From: Welwitschia mirabilis | Taxonomy: Eukaryota | DNA: 48,683 bases | Direction: 5' to 3' | NCBI GenBank assembly: GCA_051453625.1 | Contig: JBOZIK010000001.1 | Location: forward strand, 8,002,596-8,051,278 | In this document: positions 1 through 10,917 of the stretch, piece after piece | Layout of the letters: each line of letters begins with the position of its first letter | Position numbering within the stretch: position 1 is the stretch's first letter | Position numbers and translations under genes: made by a program | The notes under the pieces: generated by a model | The model's database searches: none | Told to the model about the DNA's origin: nothing | Seen by the model: only the letters and a program-made list of their open reading frames with translations

Positions 1-183
1 AGTACAAAATATATTAAGTTCAAGCATCATTTCCTCAAAGAACATGTAGAAAACAAGGATATCAGATTAGAATACATTAATACTAATGATTAACTCATTG
101 ATATTTTTATCAAACCACTAAGTAAAGATAGGTTTATCAAATTATGTGGGAAATTAAAAATTAGGACTTGCCCAATAAGGTGA
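1..183 (+). pseudogene. pol: Copia pol C-terminus (RNase H), with premature stop
   Basis: Frame 1 reads STKYIKFKHHFLKEHVENKDIRLEYINTND*LIDIFIKPLSKDRF, matching the copia RNase H motif RTKHI..RHHF.R.HV....I.LE...T..QLADIFTKPL. Confidence 0.88.
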
Positions 184-434
184 GTCACTAGGTAGTCAAT
201 CTCAAAATCTCAACTCAACATTTTAGTTATTAATATTTTATGAGTTGAGATATTAGCTAGAACATAGATATGTATATCATGTGTATGTTACTTTATCATT
301 ATTTTAAGCTATAATAGTCTAATCTAAACATTTGTTTTAGAAGATCTCAAATTTTCTATTTNNNNNNNNNNNNNNNNNNNNNNNNNNNNNNNNNNNNNNN
401 NNNNNNNNNNNNNNNNNNNNNGACAACTTTTAAG

Positions 435-808
435 TAGATGTCTTTGGGGTTATAGACATATTTGAATGTTAGATGTCATTTTATTAATTCTATTTATTTT
501 TTGAAATAGATGTCTTTAGTTATGTAGACATCTTTGTTACACATAGCTAATTGTTAAAATTTCTTATGAATAAACATATCTATACTTAATAAATGTATAC
601 TTTCATTATTTTAGATGTCTTTCAAGTGATAGATGTATTATACATAGCATATTTAAAATTAAAACACACACCGAAATGAGGATTTTCAATACTTTTTAAA
701 AAGAAAATGGAGTACCATTCTTCATTTTCAATCCTCTACTCAGTAGGCATACCTATTAGAGTGCTTTACAACTTAATTTTTCTTAGATCTCTTAGCTTAG
801 ATGTCTCT
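435..808 (-). repeat. Array of decayed TAGACGTCTTT motifs (reverse complement of the LTR motif)
   Basis: tagatgtcttt 435, tagacatattt 453, tagatgtcatt 470, tagatgtcttt 507, tagacatcttt 525, tagatgtcttt 612, tagatgtatta 630, tagatgtctct 798. Confidence 0.8.
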
Positions 809-1972
809 AAATTAAAATAAGTCTCTACATCTAGAAAACTAGGTGCTATTTTATTTAACATGTGCTTTTTTTAAATTAGTTCTTTTAACTTTTTTTTCCA
901 AGTCTAGCTATTTCAGTTTTTTACTTTTTGAATGATGAGAAGNNNNNNNNNNNNNNNNNNNNNNNNNNNNNNNNNNNNNNNNNNNNNNNNNNNNNNNNNN
1001 NNNNNNNNNNNNNNNNNNNNNNNNNNNNNNNNNNNNNNNNNNGTAGTAGGTAGAGTTAGAGAGCTCTGATGATGAGCTTATCTTACACAGGCCTCATCAT
1101 AAGCTACCTATTTTCCATTTCACATAGCCACCTTCACTAGCTCATGCATGTTTACCACCTGGTATATTTCATTACCTTGCCTTTGGTCACCACCACTACC
1201 TCTCACATTTCCCATTCATGCACTACCTCTTAGCCCCACTCCACTCTTATATTTTTGTTTTGTTAATATCACTACTACTAGTCTCTTTGGTACATCCATT
1301 ACCCCTTAAACATACTCATATATGAGGAGATAGGCCTTTCAAGGTCATAGTGAGACATCACAACAACTATCATAAAAATGGCATACACTTCCACATATAT
1401 CATCTTTCTTGTACACCATTTAGATCTCTACCACTAGAGAGAGTATCATGACAATGATGATAAAGTTAATAACACTTACTATACTAGTGATTTAGCCCTT
1501 AAGAAATGGTTCTTTTTATGCTATTAAAAAAAGGGANNNNNNNNNNGGGAAGAAGATGGACAAATTAGATTGGATCGTATTGGACATTTTGTATGAGTTT
1601 AAAGGATGTGGACTTGAGATGAGTGGATTGGACTTCTTGTGAGTAACATCATTATTGATGCTTACTTTCATGTATTGGCACATATTTTATAATGTTTTTA
1701 ATGATCTATTATTATTCTCTATCCATTGTTGAACTTCTTTTATACACAGTATAAATTGTGCTTTGACATGTATCTAGCAATGTAGTATATTAGTACTACT
1801 TCTTATTTACTGTATTTTAAAGACTATTAATGTCTTTTTTAAATGATTTTAATTTATGAAATTTTTAATATGATTCATGTAATATATTCTCTCTCTCTCT
1901 TGGATTAAGTTATCTTAAGTAAAATTTAAACATGATTATACTAATGAGATTTGCCAAGTGTTAGACATCATC

Positions 1973-1984
1973 AAAAAGGGGGAG
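1973..1984 (+). promoter_or_regulatory. Polypurine tract of the SIRE element
   Basis: AAAAAGGGGGAG followed by AT and the LTR start TATT (decayed TGTT). Confidence 0.8.
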
Positions 1985-1986
1985 AT

Positions 1987-3500
1987 TATTACTAAAATTC
2001 CAATTTTGATGATTTCACTTGTAAAATGTTATGTGTCTAATGCATAGAAAGAATAATTAGAGAACACCTGAGTTAAAAAGAGGGATCAATCCAATCAAAT
2101 ATTAAAGATTAAAGTAGACAGAAGTACCAACTCAAAGTTCTTGAAAGACAAATAACATTAACTAAAGATGTCTACATATCTAAAGGCATCTAGGGTAAAG
2201 ACATCGGTTATCTTAAAGATGTCTAGGCAGAATCTAAAATTGTCATAGGTGAAAGACTTCTATCTTGATAAAGACATCTATACTAAATTAAGAAGTTAAG
2301 ATAAATGAAAGATATCTAGCAAATTAAAGAAATTTATACTACTTCAACTAGTTGAAGACATCTATTAAATTAAAGATATTTATGCTAAACTAAAAGAGGT
2401 ATAAGAGGTTAATTATATCATGATGAATTATATACATTCTATGAGTTCAGACATGTTTTACATAATTAATTTGTGATACCTAATGGTTAAAGATATGATA
2501 GTTAAAGGCTTATTAAAATCTGGGTAGTTTAAGCAAAGATGTCTCTCAGGATGAAGACATTTTCTTGATAGAGATGTTTATTGCATCAAATATGTCTATT
2601 CCAAAAGTTGATGAAAAATAAAATAGCTATTAAAAGATTAAAACTTAGCTATTTATAGCCATTACATGATATTTAAATATTTTCAAATGTCTATCTCACT
2701 AGGGGAAAGGAAAAGAAGACATATAAAGCATAAAGGTAAAAAGTGTAAATAGGAAAAGGTTACTCATGTGGGTGATTGGTACTACACATAAATATTTCTA
2801 TGTCTTTAATGAAAAGAACCATTTACTAAAGATATTACTTAATCATTGTCTCTCTCATAACTATATAACTTTGATTATGGATTTTCATTAGTGACTACAA
2901 TAAGAAGAACTGATGCATTCTATTAAAGTGACATATTTTAAGGTTGTCATTTTTTTATTAGCATTGTTTATTAATACTACATTATAGGAATATAACATTA
3001 TTTAATTCATCTTTAGGATCCCTTGCTTGGGGATTTTAAAGTATAAGGGAATCCTTGTATGAGTGTGCTTCCTTGAGTGCTTGAGATTATAACTTAATTT
3101 CAGTCTCTTGTAATCCATGAGGAAAAGGAAATGATTCCTTGCAAGAGGCATTTCATTTATATGTAAGGTTGGTGATGCTTAAAATCCANNNNNNNNNNNN
3201 NNNNNNNNNNNNNNNNNNNNNNNNNNNNNNNNNNNNNNNNNNNNNNNNNNNNNNNNNNNNNNNNNNNNNNNNNNNNNNNNNNNNNNNNTATGTAAGGTTG
3301 GTGATGCTTAAAATCCACTATTTTATAGGTTAAGGATATTAGAAGGATGAAGGGAAGCTACCCTCTGTGTGTAAATTTACCTAAGATAGGAAACCATGTT
3401 AATTTGATAAGATCTATATTACATGTTTTTATTTAATTTCAATTAGGATTTTTAATAGTACTCATTCATCCCTCCCCTTTGAGTTCAATGATTCTCAACA
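1987..3500 (+). repeat. 3' LTR of the SIRE-type element (includes a 100-N gap)
   Basis: Begins 2 nt after the PPT and ends CTCAACA, preceded by a C-rich motif at 3464-3478. The partner LTR is outside the window. Confidence 0.7.
2164..2598 (+). repeat. Array of decayed AAAGACGTCTA motifs in the SIRE LTR
   Basis: Copies start at 2164, 2182, 2197, 2215, 2252, 2270, 2308, 2326, 2354, 2372, 2535, 2553, 2570 and 2588. Confidence 0.85.
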
Positions 3501-5465
3501 ATGCTTCTCTAAATTAGGGATAATTCCTATAGTACTAGAACTCATTGTCATTTATAAATAAAGGTTAAAAATAGGAAAGGATCCAATTTCTAGTTTAAAT
3601 AAAATTCTTAAATTAAAATTTTCTCTTTTTTTAAAAATATTTGTTGTATTAATTTTTCTTTCTTTTATTCATATAAGAAAAGGAGAATAAAAAGGACTTA
3701 TTTAAAATAAGAAGTATGTAAGAAAGAAACACTTTACAAATTATTACAAATAAAAGTATAAAAATTATCTTTATCTACTCCTAAAATAAATTTTTTTCTC
3801 ACCTTTATTTCTTGTATTAAATTTAACAAAACCTTCTTTGATAGTTTCCTCAAGGAATGATTTTCTTTATAGTTCTTTATCATCCTCTTGTATGACTAGA
3901 AAATGTTAAACAAATGCTTTACATCAAAGTTATACACTCTTCTAGATTAGATAAAGTGCAAAACGTAGGTTATATTAATAACGAATGTTAAAATCACTCA
4001 AATCACATGAAATATAAAGTATAGGAAAAATTTATTATAATAGTAGTAATCCCTAATTTCACATAAAAAGTAAACTAATAATAAAGATAATACGATACTA
4101 CATAAGTAAATAATCTTAAATTTAAGTTACTTATTTATCTAATGAAAGCTAAAATTTCAATTGTGAATGCTTTATTGGGAATAATTCCAAAATGATTGTC
4201 TCTTGGACATGCCTCAAAGATATGTCTTAACTTATTCTTAGCACCAGACACATGCTAGAATAGGGTACAACTTGAATGTCATAAATTGGTAAAGTAATCA
4301 AAGTATTGAGAAGATTAATTTATTCAAAAGAAAATAAAACTATTTTTGGTAATTTTCAATTAAGAAAGACAAATAAAATTGATAGTGCAAATGATGAATG
4401 ATATGAATGACATGCAATGAAAATGAAAAATGTAATGCAATGAAAACAAAAGTGACCTAAATGCAATTAGTTAACCAATTTACTAACTTTTTGCCATCCA
4501 AATTATCTCTTATTCTTAACATCAAAATCATATTTAATCTAGAATAATATTAAATTAAGATAAAACACAAGAAAAATAGAGAGAGATAATTATGAGAAAA
4601 AGAAAACTTGATTTTATTACCATTTGTACTNNNNNNNNNNNNNNNNNNNNNNNNNNNNNNNNNNNNNNNNNNNNNNNNNNNNNNNNNNNNNNNNNNNNNN
4701 NNNNNNNNNNNNNNNNNNNNNNNNNNNNNNNNNNNNNNNNNNNNNNNNNNNNNNNNNNNNNNNNNNNNNNNNNNNNNNNNNNNNNNNNNNNNNNNNNNNN
4801 NNNNNNNNNNNNNNNNNNNNNNNNNNNNNNNNNNNNNNNNNNNNNNNNNNNNNNNNNNNNNNNNNNNNNNNNNNNNNNNNNNNNNNNNNNNNNNNNNNNN
4901 NNNNNNNNNNNNNNNNNNNNNNNNNNNNNNNNTTGGTATATGATATCTAGTAGTAGATTAAACCTGTTGGGAGATCGTTGTCTTATTCCCTTATCTGAAA
5001 ACCCATGTGGATGGCCTCCTAAAATCCTTTAAAAGTTTTCATTTTTGATCAAAACCATGCTTTATTTTTTTGATTTGATCCTTGACATAAAAAAGGTTTA
5101 ATTTAATTATTATACCTATCAAAAGTACTTAAAATAATACTTAAGGTCATTGTTAAATATAGTCAAGTTGGCCATTTATGGCCCTCATTATTATAGTGCA
5201 TTTAATAATCTAATAAATATAGGTATTTATTGCTAATAAATTATTCAAGAATCTTTTTACAAAAATACTATTTAATTTTTTATAATTTATCTATTGGTAT
5301 CTTTATTAAGCTATGGAAAGAGTTTTCTATACTCATGATCCTGACCTATGAGAGTAGCATTATGCATATAAAACAATGATCATTACTACATTAAGTAATG
5401 TTGCTAAGAAATTAGTAGACTAATTTTAGAATAAATACTACCATGTAATAAGTACATTATTTGGC

Positions 5466-6600
5466 ATTCAATTTTATTACATCATAGATGAGAGAAAGTC
5501 TCTTATAATGGTGTTTTCTCTAGAAAGATTCCATCATTATATTCTTGGTTTCAAGATATATGTGTACATCATATTCTTTGGGTTTGAGATATATGTGTAC
5601 ATCGATCATAAAAGTATATAATTATCCCTTGAAAAATCCATAATTAATCTTAGCATATCTGGATGATTAATAATCATGTAAAGCTATATATCAATGTTAT
5701 GGATAAGATGCAACAAAAATTGATGGTGGTTAATCATTTATCGCATTACACATGATTAAAAGAAATGGTGAAAATTTATTAATGATGCATTTCTAAATGA
5801 GAATTTATTCTAAATATTTATAATAGGGATGAAGGAACCATAGTGAAAAATAACACTAATTTCTTAATAATCATGAAAATACTTAACACCTGAAACCATT
5901 TTTTTAAAGGAAATTTGTTAGACAAAATGAGTTATATATTATCATTGGAATTATTTGTTCAAAAAGTATCCAAATGTCTTAATCAAATCATATATTTAGA
6001 TTTTATATTTAAGAGTATGCTTTATGATGTTCATAAAGAAGCATGGAGAAGATACTATGCAAGACATAGAATAGGGACTAAATTTATTTTGTTAGGATAC
6101 TTCTTACTAATGTTATTTAAATATGCTTATGACTAATGCCTTCATTGTGATAAATGATAGTATGTGAGAGGAATTATTAAAAGTATGAAAGGTCTAGCAC
6201 TAGATAATACTAGTTAAATATTTAGGAAATAAACTTTATAGGATCAATCCATCTAACATCATACTAAAAGTCTTACCTCCTATTGTATGTGGATTATCAT
6301 ACTGAGGAGGATAAAATAACTATAGCAAAGGATTGTGCTATGGTATCCATAACTTTGTTTTTTTAAAGTAATAAATCCTTATCCATTTTAACATTTTTGA
6401 ACTTACTATCTTTGATAATAGAATGTATGTTATGGGTAATATGTCTTAGAAAATTTTAGAGCCTTATGATGTAAAGCATAATCAAACATCATCAAATCAT
6501 TCATAGACTAATGGTTATGTAGAGGTTATATGTGTGTATTCTTTTAAAATTACTAGTGTATAATAAATTTAGTCACATAAACTTCCTAAAGCCTTTTAGN
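5466..6600 (+). pseudogene. pol: Highly degenerate Ty3/gypsy pol remnant (RNase H, integrase Zn-binding region, integrase core), non-chromovirus-like
   Basis: IQFYYIIDERKSLIMVFSLERFHHYILGFKIYVYIDHK resembles Q.NY.TTEKE.LA.VFALEKF..YL.G....VYTDH. The ORF 5915-6136 tail VHKEAWRRYYARHRIGTKFILLGYFLLMLFKYAYD*CLHCDK resembles H....GGHF...RT..K.L..G.YWPT.FKDA......CD.C. LEPYDVKHNQTSSNHS*TNGYVE resembles YGVKH...TPYHPQTNGQ.E. Confidence 0.75.
5539..5603 (+). repeat. 32-33 bp tandem duplication
   Basis: atattcttggtttcaagatatatgtgtacatc followed directly by atattctttgggtttgagatatatgtgtacatc. Confidence 0.9.
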
Positions 6601-7018
6601 NNNNNNNNNNNNNNNNNNNNNNNNNCATTAATTGCACTTGATATAACATTTATAAAAAAAATTCCTACTCTACCCATTGAGCTTAAACATCAAATATGAT
6701 GAATGATGGCCATATTAAAGCTTGATTTAATACCTATATATATATATATATACATACTCTCTTTAATCATATTGAATATATTATATGAAAATAGAGGACA
6801 GGTCTTAATGAAGAATGAGATGAATAAACAAATTGGTGGAGAAATGAATTATGAGAGATCAATAAAATTTATTTTTAGTAAGATGAATAAGGCTTTAGCA
6901 TAAAATATCTTAGTTTGTACCACTTCAAATACATTTAATATCTTTTAAGATAGGCTTATATTTTAATTAGACTATTTGTCTGAAGAGTTTTCAAAGTTTA
7001 AAACCTATATAAGATTGT

Positions 7019-7220
7019 TGTTGGATGTTTTATAACAAGATTTTCACTAAAATTAATCTAAAGTAGAAAAAACATTCATAAGCCAATTATAAAACCTATA
7101 TTATACATATTGAAATTAAATTATTATATAATCCTTAATTAAAATTATTGATATTAGCTTCAAAAGGTTATTAATCCAACATAATAAATTATTTAGAAAA
7201 ACTATAAATTTAAATAAGAA
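7019..7220 (+). repeat. Truncated 5' LTR of the outer copia
   Basis: Starts TGTTGGATG and is colinear with 18607 onward (e.g. aaattattatataatccttaattaaaattatt..ttcaaaagg vs aaattattatatcatacttgaataaaattatt..ttcaaaagg). Similarity is lost after ~7220. Confidence 0.6.
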
Positions 7221-9743
7221 GAGTAATCTATCCCTTGACCCTTAACTTTTGTGATTTTTCAAACAAAGCTAATAAGCACTTAGATATTCACCTCCATTAT
7301 TATCCCTTGTACCAAACCTTAATGAAAATTTTGAAGCCTTAAAATGTTGGATGATTGTATTAAAAATTAGTACTAAATATGAATTTAATTCGTATTTTTC
7401 AAAAAAATAGATATTTAATAATTAATTTACTATTACATATATTTATTTTTCAAAAAATTATCTTCCTTTATAAACTTAAACTCATATAAAATACCCTATA
7501 AAATATTAAAGATAATGAAATGATAATAGATAATAAAAATGAATTTGAGAATAAAAAGATTTTAAAAATAAGAAAAAACAAAAGATTTAAAAAAATAAAG
7601 ACCATAATCATGAAGCAAAGAAACTTAGTTATGAAGAGGAATAATGGTTGAGTAAAATGGTTAATAAAAATTTAAATATTTTCTAGTTNNNNNNNNNNNN
7701 TAAGTTCATGGATACATCTATAAATATAATTCAAATAGAAAGGGAGAAGATAGTATTAAGTTACATTACATCTTCCACGATATATATCTCTCTTAGAGGT
7801 TTAATTCTTCTAAAGAGTAAGACCCTCACATACGACAACTATACATTATGAGAAATTAGAGTAAGTTAAGTCCTAAAAGGATTTAGATTAATAAATATTA
7901 CATAAAATAGAAGAAGAAATATACAATTAAAGAACATAGATTGATGCACGGGATTTTGGAAATCAACATCAATGATGATATTTCACGCATGGTCATGCAT
8001 CTAAAATATGCAAAAAGACTATTAAATTTTTTTACACAAGATATCATTATCAAAATTAAGTAAGGGAATTTTTCCTTAGATTTAGAGTTTTTTAATTTAA
8101 AGATAATAAAACATGAAAATATTATCTAGTTAAGTGAAAACAAGATGTTAATTAGAAAACAACTTAAGGAACAACATGCCAAGGTAGATTAAAAAATGTT
8201 TAAGTATGATATGCATTGTACATTACCTAGTATAATAAATTTTAAAAGTATCTACTAATTTAATCACAAATTAGTACTTTGGAAATAATAACTTTTAAAT
8301 TTCCATGTAAGCAAGGGAAACTTAGTGAAAAAAGATAAGAAGAACTAGAGCTTAATATAATAGGAAAATGAAGTAATGAAAACTTTTTTAGTCTAGTTTC
8401 AGACCTATGAGAAAATGGATTTTCTCAAAAATAAGAGGTGTTGGAATAATCTTAAGGCTCTTAATACTATCCTAAATAAGAATAAGTTATATGAAATTGC
8501 AATATTAGAGAAACCTAAAGTCACACAAGAAGTTTTAGCATTATTAATACATCACACAAGACATTACTAGTTTAGTGATTTTATAGCATCTTATCATATG
8601 ACTAGTAACAAGATTCTTATGAAGAATCTTAGAGTTAATGAGTGGTAGAGTGATGTAACCATAGTTTAAAAGACTAAGTTAATGGTTAAGATCACTAGTA
8701 TAATGGAATTTTTAAGAATGATACTCAAAGATGTTCTATATATAATTTTACTAATCATGAATATGATATTAATAATTATGCTATTATAAGATGGATTTGA
8801 GTTAGTATTAGTCCATATAATGGAAAATATTAGAATATTTAGTATTAAAAATTAAAAAAAGAATAAAATAAATACACAAAACCATAAGACACAATATATT
8901 ATATATGTAGCATAAGTATTATGGNNNNNNNNNNNNNNNNNNNNNNNNNNNNNNNNNNNNNNNNNNNNNNNNNNNNNNNNNNNNNNNNNNNNNNNNNNNN
9001 NNNNNNNNNNNNNNNNNNNNNNNNNNNNNNNNNNNNNNNNNNNNNNNNNNNNNNNNNNNNNNNNNNNNNNNNNNNNNNNNNNNNNNNNNNNNNNNNNNNN
9101 NNNNNNNNNNNNNNNNNNNNNNNNNNNNNNNNNNNNNNNNNNNNNNNNNNNNNNNNNNNNNNNNNNNNNNNNNNNNNNNNNNNNNNNNNNNNNNNNNNNN
9201 NNNNNNNNNNNNNNNNNNNNNNNNNNNNNNNNNNNNNNNNNNNNNNNNNNNNNNNNNNNNNNNNNNNNNNNNNNNNNNNNNNNNNNNNNNNNNNNNNNNN
9301 NNNNNNNNNNNNNNNNNNNNNNNNNNNNNNNNNNNNNNNNNNNNNNNNNNNNNNNNNNNNNNNNNNNNNNNNNNNNNNNNNNNNNNNNNNNNNNNNNNNN
9401 NNNNNNNNNNNNNNNNNNNNNNNNNNNNNNNNNNNNNNNNNNNNNNNNNNNNNNNNNNNNNNNNNNNNNNNNNNNNNNNNNNNNNNNNNNNNNNNNNNNN
9501 NNNNNNNNNNNNNNNNNNNNNNNNNNNNNNNNNNNNNNNNNNNNNNNNNNNNNNNNNNNNNNNNNNNNNNNNNNNNNNNNNNNNNNNNNNNNNNNNNNNN
9601 NNNNNNNNNNNNNNNNNNNNNNNNNNNNNNNNNNNNNNNNNNNNNNNNNNNNNNNNNNNNNNNNNNNNNNTATAACTATTTCAAAATAACGTTTATTTAT
9701 TTTCTGAAAGGAAAATCATAAGCTTTGAAAGTGTCTTGGACCT

Positions 9744-9876
9744 TTAAAGTTATAGTAGAAAAGTCAACTAGAATAAACCTAATACAAATAACTAATGGAT
9801 GGAAAAAAATTAAAGTTATGATAGAAAAGTTAACTAGAATAAACCTAATACAAATAACTAATGAATAGAAAAAAAA
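9744..9876 (+). repeat. 66-bp tandem duplication in the integrase remnant
   Basis: ttaaagttat..tagaaaagt.aactagaataaacctaatacaaataactaatg.at.gaaaaaaa at 9744 and 9810, with no N gap between the copies. Confidence 0.92.
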
Positions 9877-10566
9877 TATATCACCAAAATTTCAAGTAGT
9901 ATTACAAAAATTAGAATAAAATATGAAGTTTTTAATATATACCTAAAAGAACTTGAGTAATAAATCAAAGATATGGAACCCTCATAAAAGCAATATAATC
10001 AATGATGTATAACATTAGTGTTTTAAGAAATCTCTACATATGTTTTAAGTATAGTGGTTTTAATATAAAACCATTTATCCACTTGATGCATTAATAATGT
10101 AGTCTAGATTAAGATTTAACTTAACAAAATGGACTACATTAGATATCTAAGAAATTTTAGTTATAAATGCTACATACATATTCTTTAATAAGAATGAAGT
10201 AAACTAGATAATAAGCTAGAATAGGATTACTACTTTGATACAATCTAAAAAGAAAATACTATTGAGTATGAGATGTATAATAAAGAAAAGTTATAATCTC
10301 AAAAGACATACTTTCACTAAATAACATTCAACTTAAAAGAAAAATGCACACAAAGGTGGTAAAACAAAACTTAAATAAAACCCTTTCATATAATTTTAAA
10401 TAATTAAAGACATAAAATGAAATTTAAACAAAATGAGTCAATTCTAAACATGTTCTCTAGATAATACTAAAGAAATCCAAATGCAAGAAAGGGAAATACT
10501 TAAAGAAGATAATTTCATCAACATCTTTGAAATAATCCCATTGGCTATAATCCATTAGATATAATA

Positions 10567-10917
10567 TGATAACAATAAAATGCAACATATAATGTATTTC
10601 ATATATTTTAAAATAAAGGTTTTTATTACCAAGAAATCCTAATCTTTATTTATTTAATAAGTAGTTCATTATTCTAAATAAAGTATTGTAACTATTCAAA
10701 CTTGCTTTATGAAGAGTTACATCTCTTTGTATAATTTACAAACTATACTATACCATATCAAACGTGTGTAACTTAGTTGTAATTCAATCATTCTTAATTT
10801 ATTTAGTTGATGTTATAAAAAGTATTTTACTTTTTTCAATTTCTGTGCATTCTTGTTTTTATTTCATGTTTGTTAAGTTTTTATATACTTCGTTTTGCTT
10901 TGATTAATCTCTCAACA
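10567..10917 (+). repeat. 5' LTR of the nested copia
   Basis: TG...CA termini (TGATAAC...CTCAACA). Shares ctttatgaagagttacatct.tttgtataattta and tgtgcatt...ttttatttcatgttt with the 3' LTR. Confidence 0.85.

Larger units (their letters stand above)
1..3500 (+). mobile_element. 3' part of a degenerate Sirevirus/SIRE-lineage Ty1/copia LTR retrotransposon (RNase H end, long 3' internal region, PPT, 3' LTR)
   Basis: RNase H C-terminus at 1-183. About 1.8 kb separates pol from the LTR. The PPT context CATCAAAAAGGGGGAGAT at ~1969-1986 and the C-rich ATTCATCCCTCCCCT just before the LTR end CAACA (3500) are typical of Sireviruses, as are the palindromic motif arrays. Confidence 0.8.

Noticed and set aside
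2164..2598. Regularly spaced palindromic repeats as a CRISPR-like array
   Set aside because: Units are 11 bp with 7-bp spacers, lie inside a plant LTR, and have no cas genes nearby.
4200..4260. Weak inverted similarity to ~28495-28550
   Set aside because: Short, gapped and AT-rich; not distinguishable from chance by eye.
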